Shown here piece after piece: positions 1-10,181 of a stretch of DNA of 64,000 nucleotides. Position 1 is the stretch's first letter. The number at the start of each line of letters is the position of its first letter. The notes below the pieces were generated by a model. The model was not told the origin of the DNA. It saw only the letters and a list, made by a program, of their open reading frames with translations, and made no database searches. This stretch comes from Burkholderiales bacterium. Lineage in GTDB: Bacteria; Pseudomonadota; Gammaproteobacteria; Burkholderiales; WYBJ01. Where the stretch lies: assembly GCA_020848435.1 (NCBI GenBank), contig JADLAC010000043.1:670-64669 (forward strand), given 5' to 3'. A program made the translations under genes and the position numbers.

Positions 1-511
1 CGACGCTCAAGCGCTGGCGTTGCAAATCCTTCTCCGCGTTGATGCCGTAGGCTTCCAGGATCCGCAGCGCCATCACCTCAGTGCCGCTCCCCGGAGAACC
101 CGTGGACACGCGCTTGCCCTTGAGATCGGCGATCTTGTCGATGCCGCGGCCCTCGACGGTCACCACGTGCATCACCAGCGGATGCACCACGGCGATGGTA
201 CGCATAGGCACCTTGTCCTTGAACTTGCCGAGCGCGTTGGCACCTTCCCAGGCCGTGTCGACCATGGAGAAGGCGAGCTCGGTCTTGTTGGTTGCCAGCA
301 GCTTCACGTTGTCGACGCTGCCGCCGGTGACTTCAGCGGTCGCGGATGCGCTCTTCATGTGCTTGGACAGCACGTTGGCCATCGCCCCGCCCATCGGATA
401 CCACACCCCGCCGGTGCCGCCGGTGGAGATCGAGAGCTTCACGTCCTGGGCCTGCGCGCCGCCGATCAGCACGGCACACAGCGCCGCCGCCGTTGCGTAA
501 CGGAACTTCAT
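1..511 (-). CDS. TAXI-family TRAP transporter solute-binding protein, N-terminal ~170 codons (3' end lies outside the window)
   Basis: Absent from the ORF track because it runs off the window edge. My reverse-strand translation from the ATG at 511-509 gives MKFRYATAAALCAVLIGGAQAQDVKLSISTGGTGGVWYPMGGAMANVLSKH.... This is a signal peptide plus the TGGTGGVxYPxGG motif typical of TAXI receptors. AAGGAGGAG lies just upstream. Confidence 0.75.
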   Translation of the reverse strand, partial: MKFRYATAAALCAVLIGGAQAQDVKLSISTGGTGGVWYPMGGAMANVLSKHMKSASATAEVTGGSVDNVKLLATNKTELAFSMVDTAWEGANALGKFKDKVPMRTIAVVHPLVMHVVTVEGRGIDKIADLKGKRVSTGSPGSGTEVMALRILEAYGINAEKDLQRQRLSV

Positions 512-603
512 GCGTCTCCTCCTTGGTTTTCCAGCCGTTCGGATCCGGCCGCTGCCGGCCGGCGTCATTGTAGGGCGAGCGCGCCGCAGCCGAAGCTCAC
601 GCC

Positions 604-1212
604 TCAGATTCGCACCGGCTCGCCCCAGCGCCCCTCGAAGAAACGCTCGGCGAGCGGCTTGCGCGCGCGCGGCGCGAGCTCCTTCTTCCTGGTCTCTTCG
701 TCCAGCACATCGGGGCTCGCCTGGTGGCCCACGGCGATCATCGCCATCGGCATGCAATCGGCCGGGATACCGAATGTCGCGCGCGCTCGGTCGGCGTCGT
801 AGCCCGCCATCTGGTGCGCGATCAGCCCCAGCGCCACGGCCTGCAAAACCAGGCTCATACTGGCCATTCCGGTGTCATACTGCGAATAGCGGTTCGGGCG
901 CCCGCCACCGAGCGGGTCGGCGCTCGCGATCGACAACAGCAGCAGCGGCGCATGCTTGACCCAGCGCTTGTTGGATTCGGTCAGGCAGTCGAATGCGCGC
1001 TCGAATCCCGCCGCATCCTGGGTTCGATCCCACACCAGGAAACGCCACGGCTCGACCCCGTTGCACGAGGGCGCCCAGCGGGCCGCTTCCAGCAGCGAAG
1101 CGAGCTGCGCGCGCGTGACCGGCTTAGCCGCGTCGTAGGCACGCGGGCTCCAACGCCGCGTCATCAGCTCGTGGATCGGGACCGAAGCGGCTGCATTCTT
1201 TTCCAGGATCAT
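604..1212 (-). CDS. Nitroreductase-family protein (202 aa)
   Basis: This is the C-terminal part of tracked ORF 604..1596. The ATG at 1212 (MILEKNAAASVPIHELMTRRWSPRAYDAAKPV...) is preceded by AGGAA. It carries RWSPRAY and WAPSCNGVEPWRF nitroreductase-fold signatures. The 128 codons upstream in the tracked ORF are Arg-rich shadow sequence. Confidence 0.8.
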   Translation of the reverse strand: MILEKNAAASVPIHELMTRRWSPRAYDAAKPVTRAQLASLLEAARWAPSCNGVEPWRFLVWDRTQDAAGFERAFDCLTESNKRWVKHAPLLLLSIASADPLGGGRPNRYSQYDTGMASMSLVLQAVALGLIAHQMAGYDADRARATFGIPADCMPMAMIAVGHQASPDVLDEETRKKELAPRARKPLAERFFEGRWGEPVRI

Positions 1213-1411
1213 GGCCGTGTTCCTAGCGTCGATGGTCGATTTGCATACTGCTGGACTCAGCAGGCGTGCGAGAGATGTCCTAGCTCGCATTCGCCTTCCA
1301 ACCCTGTCCCTGCCGGGTGCGGGAGCGCCGTGCGGAAACCGGCTCGTGCGCCGCGGCCCGCAGCGTCGTCGATCGCGGCCCGCTCGTCCGGCACGGGCCG
1401 CTCGGGTGCGC

Positions 1412-2347
1412 TCACCTGGGCTCCTCCAAGGCGTAACCCGCGTCGCGCCATGCATCGATTCCACCGAGCAAGGGCCGCACCCGCACGAATCCTCGATCCA
1501 GCAGCATACGGGCGACACGCGCCGCACTGACTTCGTTCGGTCAACTGCAATAGACCACGATTTCGCGCTCTCGCGGCACACTCGCGAGCGCGGCATCGGG
1601 GTAATCGGGATCGATCAGCACGGCATTGGGAAGCGTTCGGAGATCGGCGTCAAGCGCAGCCGCGCTGCGCACGTCCAGGATCAGGGGCTCGTCGCCGCGC
1701 TCGATCATCTCGTTGAGCTCCGGCACGGCGATGCGGGCGGCGCGCAACTGCGCGAGGAAGCGATAGCGCTCGAACCATTTGAACGTCATGTAGCCGGCGA
1801 GAAGGATGAGCAGCCCGCCCGCGGCGTAGGTGCCCATGCGCGCAAGCCGGTCGAGCAGCGCATCGATTTGCTGGGAGAGCAGCCAGCCCGCGAGCATCGA
1901 GCCACCGGCCCACAGCGCGGCGCCGATGCCGTTGAAGAGCGTGAAGGTACCGGTACCGAGCCGAATCGCACCGGCGAGCGGCGGCGCGACGGTCGCAAGC
2001 CCGGGAACGAACTTGGCGATGACGAGCGCGCCGGCGCCCCAACGCAGGAACACGCGCTCGGTCTGGCGCACGCACGATTCGGGCGAGAACGACATGCGGC
2101 ACAGCAGGGCGAGAACACGGTGTCCATAGCGCCGGCCGGCGCTATACCAGATCGCATCGGCGATCATGCTCGCGCCCAGGGCCGCGACGAAGGCCTGCAG
2201 GACCGACAGCTGGCCGCCGGCAGCAAGCGCGCCGGCCAGCATCATTGTCGGAATCGCAGGCAGCGGCACGCCGAGCTGGGTGAGCAGCACGTTTCCGAAC
2301 ACGAGCCCGACCCCGTAATGCGCGAGAACCGCCGAGAGCTCGTTCAT
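1412..2347 (-). CDS. DedA/SNARE-associated membrane domain fused to a C-terminal rhodanese domain, interrupted by an in-frame TGA at 1541-1543
   Basis: Tracked ORF 1541..2347 ends ...REREIVVYCS-TGA. The same frame then reads PNEVSAARVARMLLDRGFVRVRPLLGGIDAWRDAGYALEEPR and reaches its own TGA at 1412-1414. That stretch is the missing second half of a rhodanese domain. See findings. Confidence 0.7.
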
Positions 2348-2363
2348 CGATCCCGCGAAGCGC

Positions 2364-4637
2364 TCAGCGAGTGCCGCCCGCGCCCGTGCTGGCGAGCGCG
2401 GTCATGTTGACGATGCGCCGCACCGTGGCCGAGGGCGTGACGATGTGCACCGACCTGGCGCAACCCAGTAGCAGTGGGCCGATGGTGATGCCCCCGCCGC
2501 CGGTGATCTTGAGCAGGTTGTAAGCGATGTTGGCCGCATCCAGGTTCGGCATCACCAGCAGGTTGGCCTCGCCCTTCAAGCGCGAATCGGGGTAGAGCTT
2601 CGAGCGGATGTCCTCGGACAGCGCCGCGTCGCCCTGCATTTCGCCATCGACCTCCAGCTCGGGCACGCGCGCTTCGAGCAGCTCGCGCGCACGCGCCATC
2701 TTGCGTGCCGATGCCGAACGCGAGCTGCCGAAGTTCGAGTGCGAGACCAGCGCGACTTTCGGCGTGTGGCCGAAACGACGCACCTCCGCCGCCGCCATCA
2801 CGGTCATTTCGGCGATCTGCTCGGCGCTCGGATCTTCGTTCACATACGTGTCGCAGATGAATAGCGTCCGCTCAGGCAACAGCAGCACGTTCATCGCCGC
2901 GAAGATATCGTGCCCTTGCGCGCGACCGATCAATCCCGCGATATGGTCTAGGTGCTCTTCATGTGTACCGAAGGTCCCGCACAACATGGCGTCGGCATCG
3001 CCGCGGCGAAGCAGCATGGCGCCGATCAAGGTGGTGTGCTGGCGCACCCGGGCCTTCGCCACATCGGGCGTGACGCCCTGGCGGCCCATGGCGCGGTGAT
3101 AGTCGCTCCAGACCTCGCGGTAGCGCGGATCGCTTTCCGGATTGACCGCTTCGAAGTCCTTGCCGGCCGCGAGGCGCAGGCCATAGCGCTTGATGCGGCT
3201 CGATATCACCTCGGGGCGGCCGATCAGGACCGGCCGGGCCAAGCCCTCGTCGACCACCTGCTGGACCGCCCGCAGAACGCGTTCGTCCTCGCCTTCGGCA
3301 TAGACCACGCGCTTGGGCGCCTGCTTCGCGGCCTCGAACACCGGGCGCATGATGAGGCCCGAGTGATAAACGAACTGCATCAGTTGCTGGCGGTACGCTT
3401 CCCAGTCCTTGATCGGGCGCGTCGCGACACCGCTGTCCATCGCGGCGCGCGCCACTGCGGGAGCGATCTGGATGATCAGGCGCGGATCGAACGGCCGCGG
3501 GATGATGTAGTCGGGTCCGAACTCGGTCTCAGCTTCGCCGTAAGCCATCGCGACCACGTCCGACTGCTCGGCCTCCGCCAGCGCTGCCAGCGCGCGCACG
3601 CATGCCATCTTCATTTCGTCGGTGATCTTGGTCGCGCCCACGTCGAGCGCGCCGCGGAAGATGAAGGGAAAGCACAGAACGTTGTTGACCTGGTTGGGAT
3701 AGTCGGAGCGCCCGGTGGCGATGATGCAGTCGGGGCGCGCGGCTTTCGCTTCCTCGGGCGTGATCTCGGGGTCCGGATTGGCGAGCGCGAGTATGATGGG
3801 CTTGGCCGCCATGCGCTTCACCATCTCGGCATTGAGCACCCCGCGCGTGGAGCAGCCGAGAAACACGTCGGCGCCGTCGATGACATCGGCAAGTGACCGT
3901 GCCGCGGTATCCTGCGCATAGCGCGCCTTGTTGGGCTCCATGTCTTTCTCGCGCCCGCGGTAGATGACGCCGCGGCTATCGCAGACGAACACCTTGCGCG
4001 CATCGAGACCGAGCTTGACGAAAATATCCAGGCAGGCGATGGAGGCGGCGCCCGCCCCCGACACCACGAGCTTCACCTCCCCGATCGGCTTGCCGACGAT
4101 CTTGAGCGCATTGATGAGCGCCGCCGAGGAGATGATCGCGGTGCCGTGCTGATCGTCGTGGAACACCGGGATGTTGAGCCGCTCGCGCAGCTTCTGCTCG
4201 ATGTAGAAGCACTCCGGCGCCTTGATGTCCTCGAGGTTGACGCCGCCCAGGGTGGGCTCCAGCGCGACCACGGCCGCCACGACCGCGTCCGGGTCCTTGG
4301 CCGCGAGCTCGATGTCGAACACGTCGATGCCGGCGAACTTCTTGAACAGGCAGCCCTTGCCTTCCATCACTGGCTTGGCCGCGAGCGGACCGATGTTGCC
4401 CAGACCGAGCACCGCCGTGCCGTTGGTGACCACGCCGACCAGGTTCGCGCGCGAGGTGAGGCTCGCCGCCTGGGTCGCATCGTCGGCGATCGCGAGGCAG
4501 GCGTAGGCAACGCCGGGCGAATACGCCAGCGCCAGGTCGCGCTGGTTGATGAGTCCCTTGGTCGGAGTGACGGAGATCTTGCCGGGCGTCGGGTAACGAT
4601 GGTACTCGAGCGCGTTGATGCGCAGTTGCTCGTCCAT
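2364..4637 (-). CDS. maeB: NADP-dependent malic enzyme (malic enzyme domain plus phosphotransacetylase-like domain)
   Basis: The 759-aa ORF has [23 protein letters not shown] at its N-terminus and a PTA-like C-terminal half, as in MaeB. I prefer the second ATG (4637) because AGGGGA sits 7 nt upstream of it. The tracked start is 4643. Confidence 0.95.
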   Translation of the reverse strand: MDEQLRINALEYHRYPTPGKISVTPTKGLINQRDLALAYSPGVAYACLAIADDATQAASLTSRANLVGVVTNGTAVLGLGNIGPLAAKPVMEGKGCLFKKFAGIDVFDIELAAKDPDAVVAAVVALEPTLGGVNLEDIKAPECFYIEQKLRERLNIPVFHDDQHGTAIISSAALINALKIVGKPIGEVKLVVSGAGAASIACLDIFVKLGLDARKVFVCDSRGVIYRGREKDMEPNKARYAQDTAARSLADVIDGADVFLGCSTRGVLNAEMVKRMAAKPIILALANPDPEITPEEAKAARPDCIIATGRSDYPNQVNNVLCFPFIFRGALDVGATKITDEMKMACVRALAALAEAEQSDVVAMAYGEAETEFGPDYIIPRPFDPRLIIQIAPAVARAAMDSGVATRPIKDWEAYRQQLMQFVYHSGLIMRPVFEAAKQAPKRVVYAEGEDERVLRAVQQVVDEGLARPVLIGRPEVISSRIKRYGLRLAAGKDFEAVNPESDPRYREVWSDYHRAMGRQGVTPDVAKARVRQHTTLIGAMLLRRGDADAMLCGTFGTHEEHLDHIAGLIGRAQGHDIFAAMNVLLLPERTLFICDTYVNEDPSAEQIAEMTVMAAAEVRRFGHTPKVALVSHSNFGSSRSASARKMARARELLEARVPELEVDGEMQGDAALSEDIRSKLYPDSRLKGEANLLVMPNLDAANIAYNLLKITGGGGITIGPLLLGCARSVHIVTPSATVRRIVNMTALASTGAGGTR

Positions 4638-4917
4638 GGACATTCCCCTATGGATGCCCGCGCGTGCTGTTGGAGGGGCCGCGTCGGGCGCCGTGTGAGT
4701 CGACGAGGCATTCTACCCGCCGCCGGGACGATTTACCCGTCCGGTGGTTGGCGTGCAATACGCGCCGCGGCGAATGGGTGCGTCGGCCGCAGGGGCCGAC
4801 ATAGCGCGTCATGAGCCGGACGCACGCGTGCTCGGCGCGATCGATCGAGGTCGCGCGAGCGTGACTCGGGAGAATTCCGGAATGCTTCGGCTGATTTCCG
4901 TCATCGATCGCACCCCG

Positions 4918-7269
4918 TCACCTTTTCCCGTGCTTCCCGCCAGCTGCGCCGGCAGCGCGCAGTGCCTGCCAGACGCGTGCCGCGCTCATCGGCATCTCCA
5001 GATGAAGCACGCCCGCCGGTCGCAACGCGTTCATCACCGCGTTGGCGGCGGCGGGCAACGCGCCGACGCACCCGCCCTCGCCCACCCCCTTCGCTCCGAG
5101 CGGATTGCGCGCGCTCGCAATGGGTCGTTCGTCGTGCGTGATGGTCTGGAGCCACCCCGCGCGTGGCAGGAAGTAGTCGAGCAGGCTGCCGCTTGCCAGT
5201 TGCCCGCTCTCGGGATCGAACGCCACGTGCTCGCCGAAGACCTGCCCGAGCCCCTGCACGAGCGCCCCGTGCACCTGGCCTTCGACGATGGCGCGATTGA
5301 GCACCGTGCCGCAATCGTCGACGACCGTGTAGCCGACGATGCGTGTGACGCCGGTATGGGGATCGATCTCGACTTCAGCGACGTGGCAGGTGTTGGGAAA
5401 GGTCGATCCCACCGACACCTCGGCGGTGAGCGCAAGCGGACTGGTGTCGCGGGCAGAAGCTTGGGCGGCGAGCTCGCCGAGATCGACCATTCGCCCCGAT
5501 TCGCGCTCGACGAAACAGCCGGCACGCGCATCGACCTGCGAAGGCTCGACCTGAAGGACGTCCGCCGCCAATGCCCGGGCACGCTCAAGCAGCTCTTTCG
5601 CGGCGGCGCGGCATGCGCTTCCCGCTCCGAGCGCCGAGCGTGATCCACCCGTGTGATTGCCGACCAGCGCGACATCGCTGACCGACTGGCGCACGCGCAC
5701 ACGATCGTGCGCGATGCCGAGCACATCGGCGGCGATCTGCGCGAACACCGTCTCGTGGCCCTGGCCGGAAGAATGCGTGACCGAAACAAGATCGATGCTC
5801 CCGTCGGGCAACGCTTCGATTCGCACCTGATCCTTGGGAAACACTCCGGCCCAGGTGACCTCGATCGCGGACGCGGTACCGATACCCCGCAGCATGCCGC
5901 TGGCGGCCGAGCGAGCGCGGCGCCGCTCGAACCCGGCGTGATCGGCAAGATCGAGGGCACGCTGCTGCACACCGGCGAAGTCGCAGCGCTCGTATTCGAC
6001 GCCGGATGGTGTGCGATAGGGAAACGCGTCGAGCGGAATGAAGTTGCGGCGGCGCAGCTCGGCCGGGTCGAGGGCGAGCTCGAACGCCGCCTGATCGACC
6101 AGGCGCTCGATCGCATACACACAGTCGGGCCGACCCGCTCCGCGATACGACGCCACCGGCACGGTGTTGGTAAACGCCTGACGCAAGCGTGCATGCACCG
6201 CCGGGATGCGGTAGACGCCGGTTGCACCGGCAACGGGATTGCGCAGGTGGCTCGCGGGACCGCCCGGTGTGGGATAGGCGCCGAGATCGATCGCATACTC
6301 GATTGAAAGCGCGAGAAAGCGACCACTCGCGTCCAGCGCAAGCGTGCCGTCGGCTGCGATCGCGCGCCCGTGGGTATCGGCAAGGAAGCCTTCGCTGCGC
6401 GTCGACACCCATTTCACCGGGCGTCCGGTGCGCCGCGCGGCGAGCATCAGCGCCGCGTACTCGGGATAGGACTGGCTGCGCTGCCCGAAGCTTCCGCCGA
6501 CGTCGCGTGCGACGATCCGGATGTTTTCCTCGGCCACACCGGTGAGCGTCGCCATCTGCAGCCGCATCATGTTGATGCCTTGCACCGGCAGATGGAGCGT
6601 ATAGCCGCCGCCGGCCGCGTCGTAGTGCGCAAGACAGGCGCGCGGCTCGAGCGGATTGGGCGCGACACGCGTGCTCTCGACGCTCAGGAGCGTGACATGG
6701 CTCGCGGCCGCGATCGCCGCCGCGACGGCCTGCGCATTGCCGAGCGCGTAATCGAACGCGAGATTACCCGGCGCCTGCGCATGGACCACTGGGGCGCCGG
6801 CTGCAAGCGCGCATCGCGCCCCCACCACAACCGGCAAGTCCTCGTAGCTCACGCTCAGGTGCTCCGCCGCATCGAGCGCAATCGCTTCGCTGTCGGCCAC
6901 GATCAGAGCGAGCGGCTCGCCGACGTAGCGGACACGGCCGTGCGCAAGCACCGGCCGCTCGGGTTGCACCAGCGCACGGCCATCGAGTCCGACGACGGAC
7001 ATCATCTGGTAGAAACGAACGTAACCCGCCGCGACGGCGTCGGAGCCGGTCAGAACGGCGTGCACCCCGGGCAAGGCCGCAGCGCGAGCGCTGTCGAGCG
7101 CAACCAGCCGCGCGTGCGCGCGGTCGGAACGAACGAATACGCCGGCGAGCATGCCGGGCAAGCGCCAGTCGGCGGCGTACCGGCCCGCACCCGTGACGAG
7201 GCGCGCGTCTTCCAGCCGATTCGCGCGCCGCGGGCGGTCGCGCGCGGATTCGGAATCGGCCAACATCAT
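4918..7269 (-). CDS. Molybdopterin-binding large subunit of the xanthine dehydrogenase / aldehyde oxidase / CoxL family (783 aa)
   Basis: The N-terminus RLEDARLVTGAGRYAADW is typical of the family, and the size and overall composition fit it. The start ATGATG overlaps the stop of the upstream Bug gene by 4 nt. Confidence 0.9.
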   Translation of the reverse strand: MMLADSESARDRPRRANRLEDARLVTGAGRYAADWRLPGMLAGVFVRSDRAHARLVALDSARAAALPGVHAVLTGSDAVAAGYVRFYQMMSVVGLDGRALVQPERPVLAHGRVRYVGEPLALIVADSEAIALDAAEHLSVSYEDLPVVVGARCALAAGAPVVHAQAPGNLAFDYALGNAQAVAAAIAAASHVTLLSVESTRVAPNPLEPRACLAHYDAAGGGYTLHLPVQGINMMRLQMATLTGVAEENIRIVARDVGGSFGQRSQSYPEYAALMLAARRTGRPVKWVSTRSEGFLADTHGRAIAADGTLALDASGRFLALSIEYAIDLGAYPTPGGPASHLRNPVAGATGVYRIPAVHARLRQAFTNTVPVASYRGAGRPDCVYAIERLVDQAAFELALDPAELRRRNFIPLDAFPYRTPSGVEYERCDFAGVQQRALDLADHAGFERRRARSAASGMLRGIGTASAIEVTWAGVFPKDQVRIEALPDGSIDLVSVTHSSGQGHETVFAQIAADVLGIAHDRVRVRQSVSDVALVGNHTGGSRSALGAGSACRAAAKELLERARALAADVLQVEPSQVDARAGCFVERESGRMVDLGELAAQASARDTSPLALTAEVSVGSTFPNTCHVAEVEIDPHTGVTRIVGYTVVDDCGTVLNRAIVEGQVHGALVQGLGQVFGEHVAFDPESGQLASGSLLDYFLPRAGWLQTITHDERPIASARNPLGAKGVGEGGCVGALPAAANAVMNALRPAGVLHLEMPMSAARVWQALRAAGAAGGKHGKR

Positions 7270-8276
7270 TCGACGCGGATATCGGCGGCGCGCGCGATGC
7301 GCTCGTTGCGCATGACCTCCGAGCGCAACAGAGCATTGAACGCATCGGGGTCGCGTGGCGACGGCCGGAATCCGAGTTTGCCAAGCGCCTCCTTGAGCGC
7401 GGGCGACTGCACGATCGCGAGAAACTCACCGGAGAGCCGTCCCATCGCCTCGCGCGGCACGCTCGCTTGGGTCACGGCACCGTACCAGATCGTCCAGTCG
7501 AATCCCGGAATTGCGGATTCCGCGACCGTCGGTACCTCCGGCAGCAGCTCGTTACGTTGCGTCGAGCCTACGGCGAGCGCGCGCAGACGTCCCGTGCGCA
7601 CGTGCGGCGCGACATCCGGTACGTTCGAGAACAGGACGCCGACATGCCCACCCATGACGGCAGTACCGGCTGGAGCGGTGCCGGCATAGTGCACCGCACG
7701 AACATCGATCTTCGCGGTCAGCTTGATCACCTCGGCCGCGAGGTGATGCCCGGCACCGAGGCTTGTGCTCGCATAGTTGAGCTCGCCCGGCCGGCGCCTG
7801 GCCAGATCGATCAGCTCGCGCAGGTTGCGCACCGGCACCGAGGGATGTACCGCGATCACGATCGGCGTATCGGCGATCCCGGCGACAGCGGTGAAATCTT
7901 TCAACGTGTCGTAGGGAAGCTTGGGCCGGATCGCGGGGTTGATCGTGAAGCTGTTGGCCACCAGCAAAACGGTGTGTCCGTCCGCTGGCGCCTTGGCGAC
8001 GTAGTCGGTGCCGATGACCGTGCCCCCGCCTGGCCGATTGTCGACGACCACGCTCTGGCCAAACGCGCGCGACAACGGAGTCGCGAGCGTGCGCGCGACG
8101 ATGTCGAGCGTGCCACCGGCCGGAAAAGCCACGACCAGCCGCACCGGGCGCGCCGGGAACTGCTGCGCGAACGCGCCGCCCGTCCCCACCAGCAGCAAAG
8201 GCACGACAACATACAACGGATGCGCGCGCCGCGCGCCCTCGCGGCGGCGGCCGGTATCAGGATGCTGCCGGTGCAT
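7266..8276 (-). CDS. Bug/TctC-family tripartite tricarboxylate transporter substrate-binding protein
   Basis: MHRQHPDTGRRREGARRAHPLYVVVPLLLVGTGGAFAQQFPARPVRLVVAFPAGGTLD... carries the family motifs. The ATG at 8276 is preceded by GGGAGGGAAG. The tracked ORF begins 14 codons earlier. Confidence 0.9.
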   Translation of the reverse strand: MHRQHPDTGRRREGARRAHPLYVVVPLLLVGTGGAFAQQFPARPVRLVVAFPAGGTLDIVARTLATPLSRAFGQSVVVDNRPGGGTVIGTDYVAKAPADGHTVLLVANSFTINPAIRPKLPYDTLKDFTAVAGIADTPIVIAVHPSVPVRNLRELIDLARRRPGELNYASTSLGAGHHLAAEVIKLTAKIDVRAVHYAGTAPAGTAVMGGHVGVLFSNVPDVAPHVRTGRLRALAVGSTQRNELLPEVPTVAESAIPGFDWTIWYGAVTQASVPREAMGRLSGEFLAIVQSPALKEALGKLGFRPSPRDPDAFNALLRSEVMRNERIARAADIRVE

Positions 8277-8400
8277 GAAACTTCCCTCCCCTGTTATACG
8301 TGTGCGGCGTGATCGCATTCTGCGCCGGGCAGCCTGTCCGCCGCAAGGCAGTCGATTTACCCGTCCGAGTGCTTTGCGTACAATATGCGTCCTGCCAAAT

Positions 8401-8476
8401 GGGTCCCTAGCTCAATTGGTAGAGCAGCGGACTCTTAATCCGTTGGTTCGGGGTTCGAGTCCCCGGGGGCCTACCA
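8401..8476 (+). tRNA. tRNA-Lys (anticodon CTT), 76 nt with encoded CCA
   Basis: I folded the cloverleaf by hand. The acceptor pairs GGGTCCC with GGGGCCT (two G-U pairs). The D arm is GCTC/GAGC. The anticodon stem GCGGA/TCCGT closes the loop CT-CTT-AA. The T arm is CGGGG-TTCGAGT-CCCCG, followed by discriminator A and CCA. Confidence 0.9.
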
Positions 8477-8535
8477 AGTAATTCAAGAACTTACCGCCAT
8501 CATTTGGCGGTCACGATGTCGGAAGGAGCCGCTTC

Positions 8536-9239
8536 GTGTCTATTCGGTGCCTGTTACGATCTTGCTCCGTCTTTGTGAGCAGGCACGTCGCGCGAGTGCT
8601 TAGCACGGTCACACTGGCCGTTGCTTGCATTGCCGCTCATGCAAACGTCATCCTCCTGGATGTCCGCATCGACGGGTACGACATGATCAGCTACGGCGGT
8701 CCGGCCGGCCAACTCAGCGTGCTCCTCCGCGTCGATGCTGACCACGATCAGGACGTGACACCCGACTTCGGGATCTACGGCGCGACATTCGATCTGGGCT
8801 TTGGCGGCAGCACGTACAGCGGCACGCAAGGCTGGCTCAAAGTCGGCAACACGGGTCGCGGCTTCCCCAATGATTTGGTCACATCGCTGATCATTGGGTC
8901 GAAACAATTCCCTGGTGTGAACACCACATCCGAGTTCCCTTACCTCGAAGTGCACTTGGTCGGCGACTCTGATGCTCTGTGGCCTACAGATGCCGTGCCG
9001 ACCGACGCCAGCTTCGCGCCGCACATCACGGGCGCTCGTGTCTTCCGTCAGGTGTTTGAGCCGAGCAACGGCATCACGCGCGTTGTCGAGACGACGCACG
9101 AGGCATCCGCGATCGGCGTATCGTTACCGGCAACGGTTCCAGAACTTCTGCGCTTGCTCTGGCCGGGATTGGCGCACTGTGCGCGCTTCTTTTCAGCCGT
9201 CAGCGCGTGTGCCGTGGAACAGATCAGGCGCGCAAGTAA
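8536..9239 (+). pseudogene. PEP-CTERM-anchored secreted protein disrupted by a 1-nt frameshift inside the VPEP motif (or a sequencing error)
   Basis: A GTG start follows AAGGAG, and a signal peptide is present. Tracked ORF 8536..9414 reads ...LPATVPE then LLRLLWPGL.... Shifting frame after gaa (9142-9144) gives SALALAGIGALCALLFSRQRVCRGTDQARK-TAA (9237-9239), a textbook PEP-CTERM transmembrane helix and basic tail. Only ct remains where a Pro codon is expected. Confidence 0.6.
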
Positions 9240-9649
9240 GCTGTGCGACGCCCGCTCAGTCGTGCACACCCACCCAAAGCCCCAGGCTCCAGTACGAGGT
9301 CGCTTCCAGCGTCTTTCGGATGATCCCGTTGCAGGCAGCGTCGGTCAGGTCCGAGGCTGTTCAGCATTGCCTCGCTTACCCGCGCTCTCAGCGATGCTGA
9401 CTCAGCCTTCGTGATCGGCAGGAGCGACCAATACTGCGGGTCTTCGCCGTCGACGTAGTCGATCATTTCAGCGAACACCGATACGAACTCTTGCCAGCAT
9501 GCGGGGCACTTGAGGATCATGACGTGGAAGTGCGAGTCGTCGATCAGTTCGGCCGCGCGCTTGAGGCGGTCTCGCGCCTCCCACGCCGACTCGGGTTCTG
9601 CCGGGCAGCACGTAGCGCAGCCGAAACGTTCTTCTGCGTCTGCTGGCAT
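9224..9649 (-). CDS. Hypothetical protein with two Cys pairs (141 aa)
   Basis: This is an open frame in the lower-GC islet: MPADAEERFGCATCCPAE...VMILKCPACWQEF. I recognise no family. The 3' third may be non-coding. Confidence 0.4.
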   Translation of the reverse strand: MPADAEERFGCATCCPAEPESAWEARDRLKRAAELIDDSHFHVMILKCPACWQEFVSVFAEMIDYVDGEDPQYWSLLPITKAESASLRARVSEAMLNSLGPDRRCLQRDHPKDAGSDLVLEPGALGGCARLSGRRTAYLRA

Positions 9650-9778
9650 GGTGAATCTCTCGCATGTCAGGGCCCGCGATCTTACCGCAGAGGACTGCCG
9701 CTCTCGTTCGGCTCGGCAGCCAGCCTCAGTACCATGCCATCTTTCGCCGTTTCCACTCCAACCAACTTCAGGGTGAAC

Positions 9779-10078
9779 TCAGGCGGAGATTGCTTCAATC
9801 TCGCGCCGCATGGGGCTACCCCGCTCGAATGAACTGATCGCACGCCGATGGATCAGGTCGCAGTCCCCACGTTTGAACATGAGCCGGTTCTCAATGTAGC
9901 GCTGACGGGTCGCCTGGTACAGTTGTTCGACCGCTTGCGTCCGACCGGCAGGGCGGCCGCCGATGTCCTTCCACTCGCCAATGCCAAATCGGGTAATCTG
10001 TCGACGCAAGTACAAGCTCGCGGAGCGCTCTGTAGGCGATGGGGCAGATTCCGTTGGTGATGGCTTCCTGCGAGTCAT
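9779..10078 (-). CDS. Hypothetical protein (99 aa)
   Basis: The ATG at 10078 is preceded by GGGAG (MTRRKPSPTESAPSPTERSASLYLRRQITRFGIGEW...). I recognise no family. The tracked ORF extends to 10216. Confidence 0.35.
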   Translation of the reverse strand: MTRRKPSPTESAPSPTERSASLYLRRQITRFGIGEWKDIGGRPAGRTQAVEQLYQATRQRYIENRLMFKRGDCDLIHRRAISSFERGSPMRREIEAISA

Positions 10079-10181
10079 GCGCGCTCCCATTCCGCTTCCC
10101 TGGGTGAGAAGCCGAACCGGGCCGGCAGGGAGATCGGCTTCTCGGGCATCAGCCTCGGCGCGGCAGGACTTGCGCAGCGTG

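Noticed and set aside
20-802. 260-aa plus-strand ORF at the left edge
   Set aside because: It lies antisense to the TAXI receptor and nitroreductase genes and has a His/Arg/Gly-rich translation with no motifs.
604-1596. Extended 330-aa version of the nitroreductase ORF, and the similarly extended tracked starts of many Bug genes and the carboxylase
   Set aside because: The extensions lack a Shine-Dalgarno sequence, are Arg-rich and overlap neighbouring genes. Internal ATGs with good ribosome-binding sites coincide with the family-typical N-termini or signal peptides.
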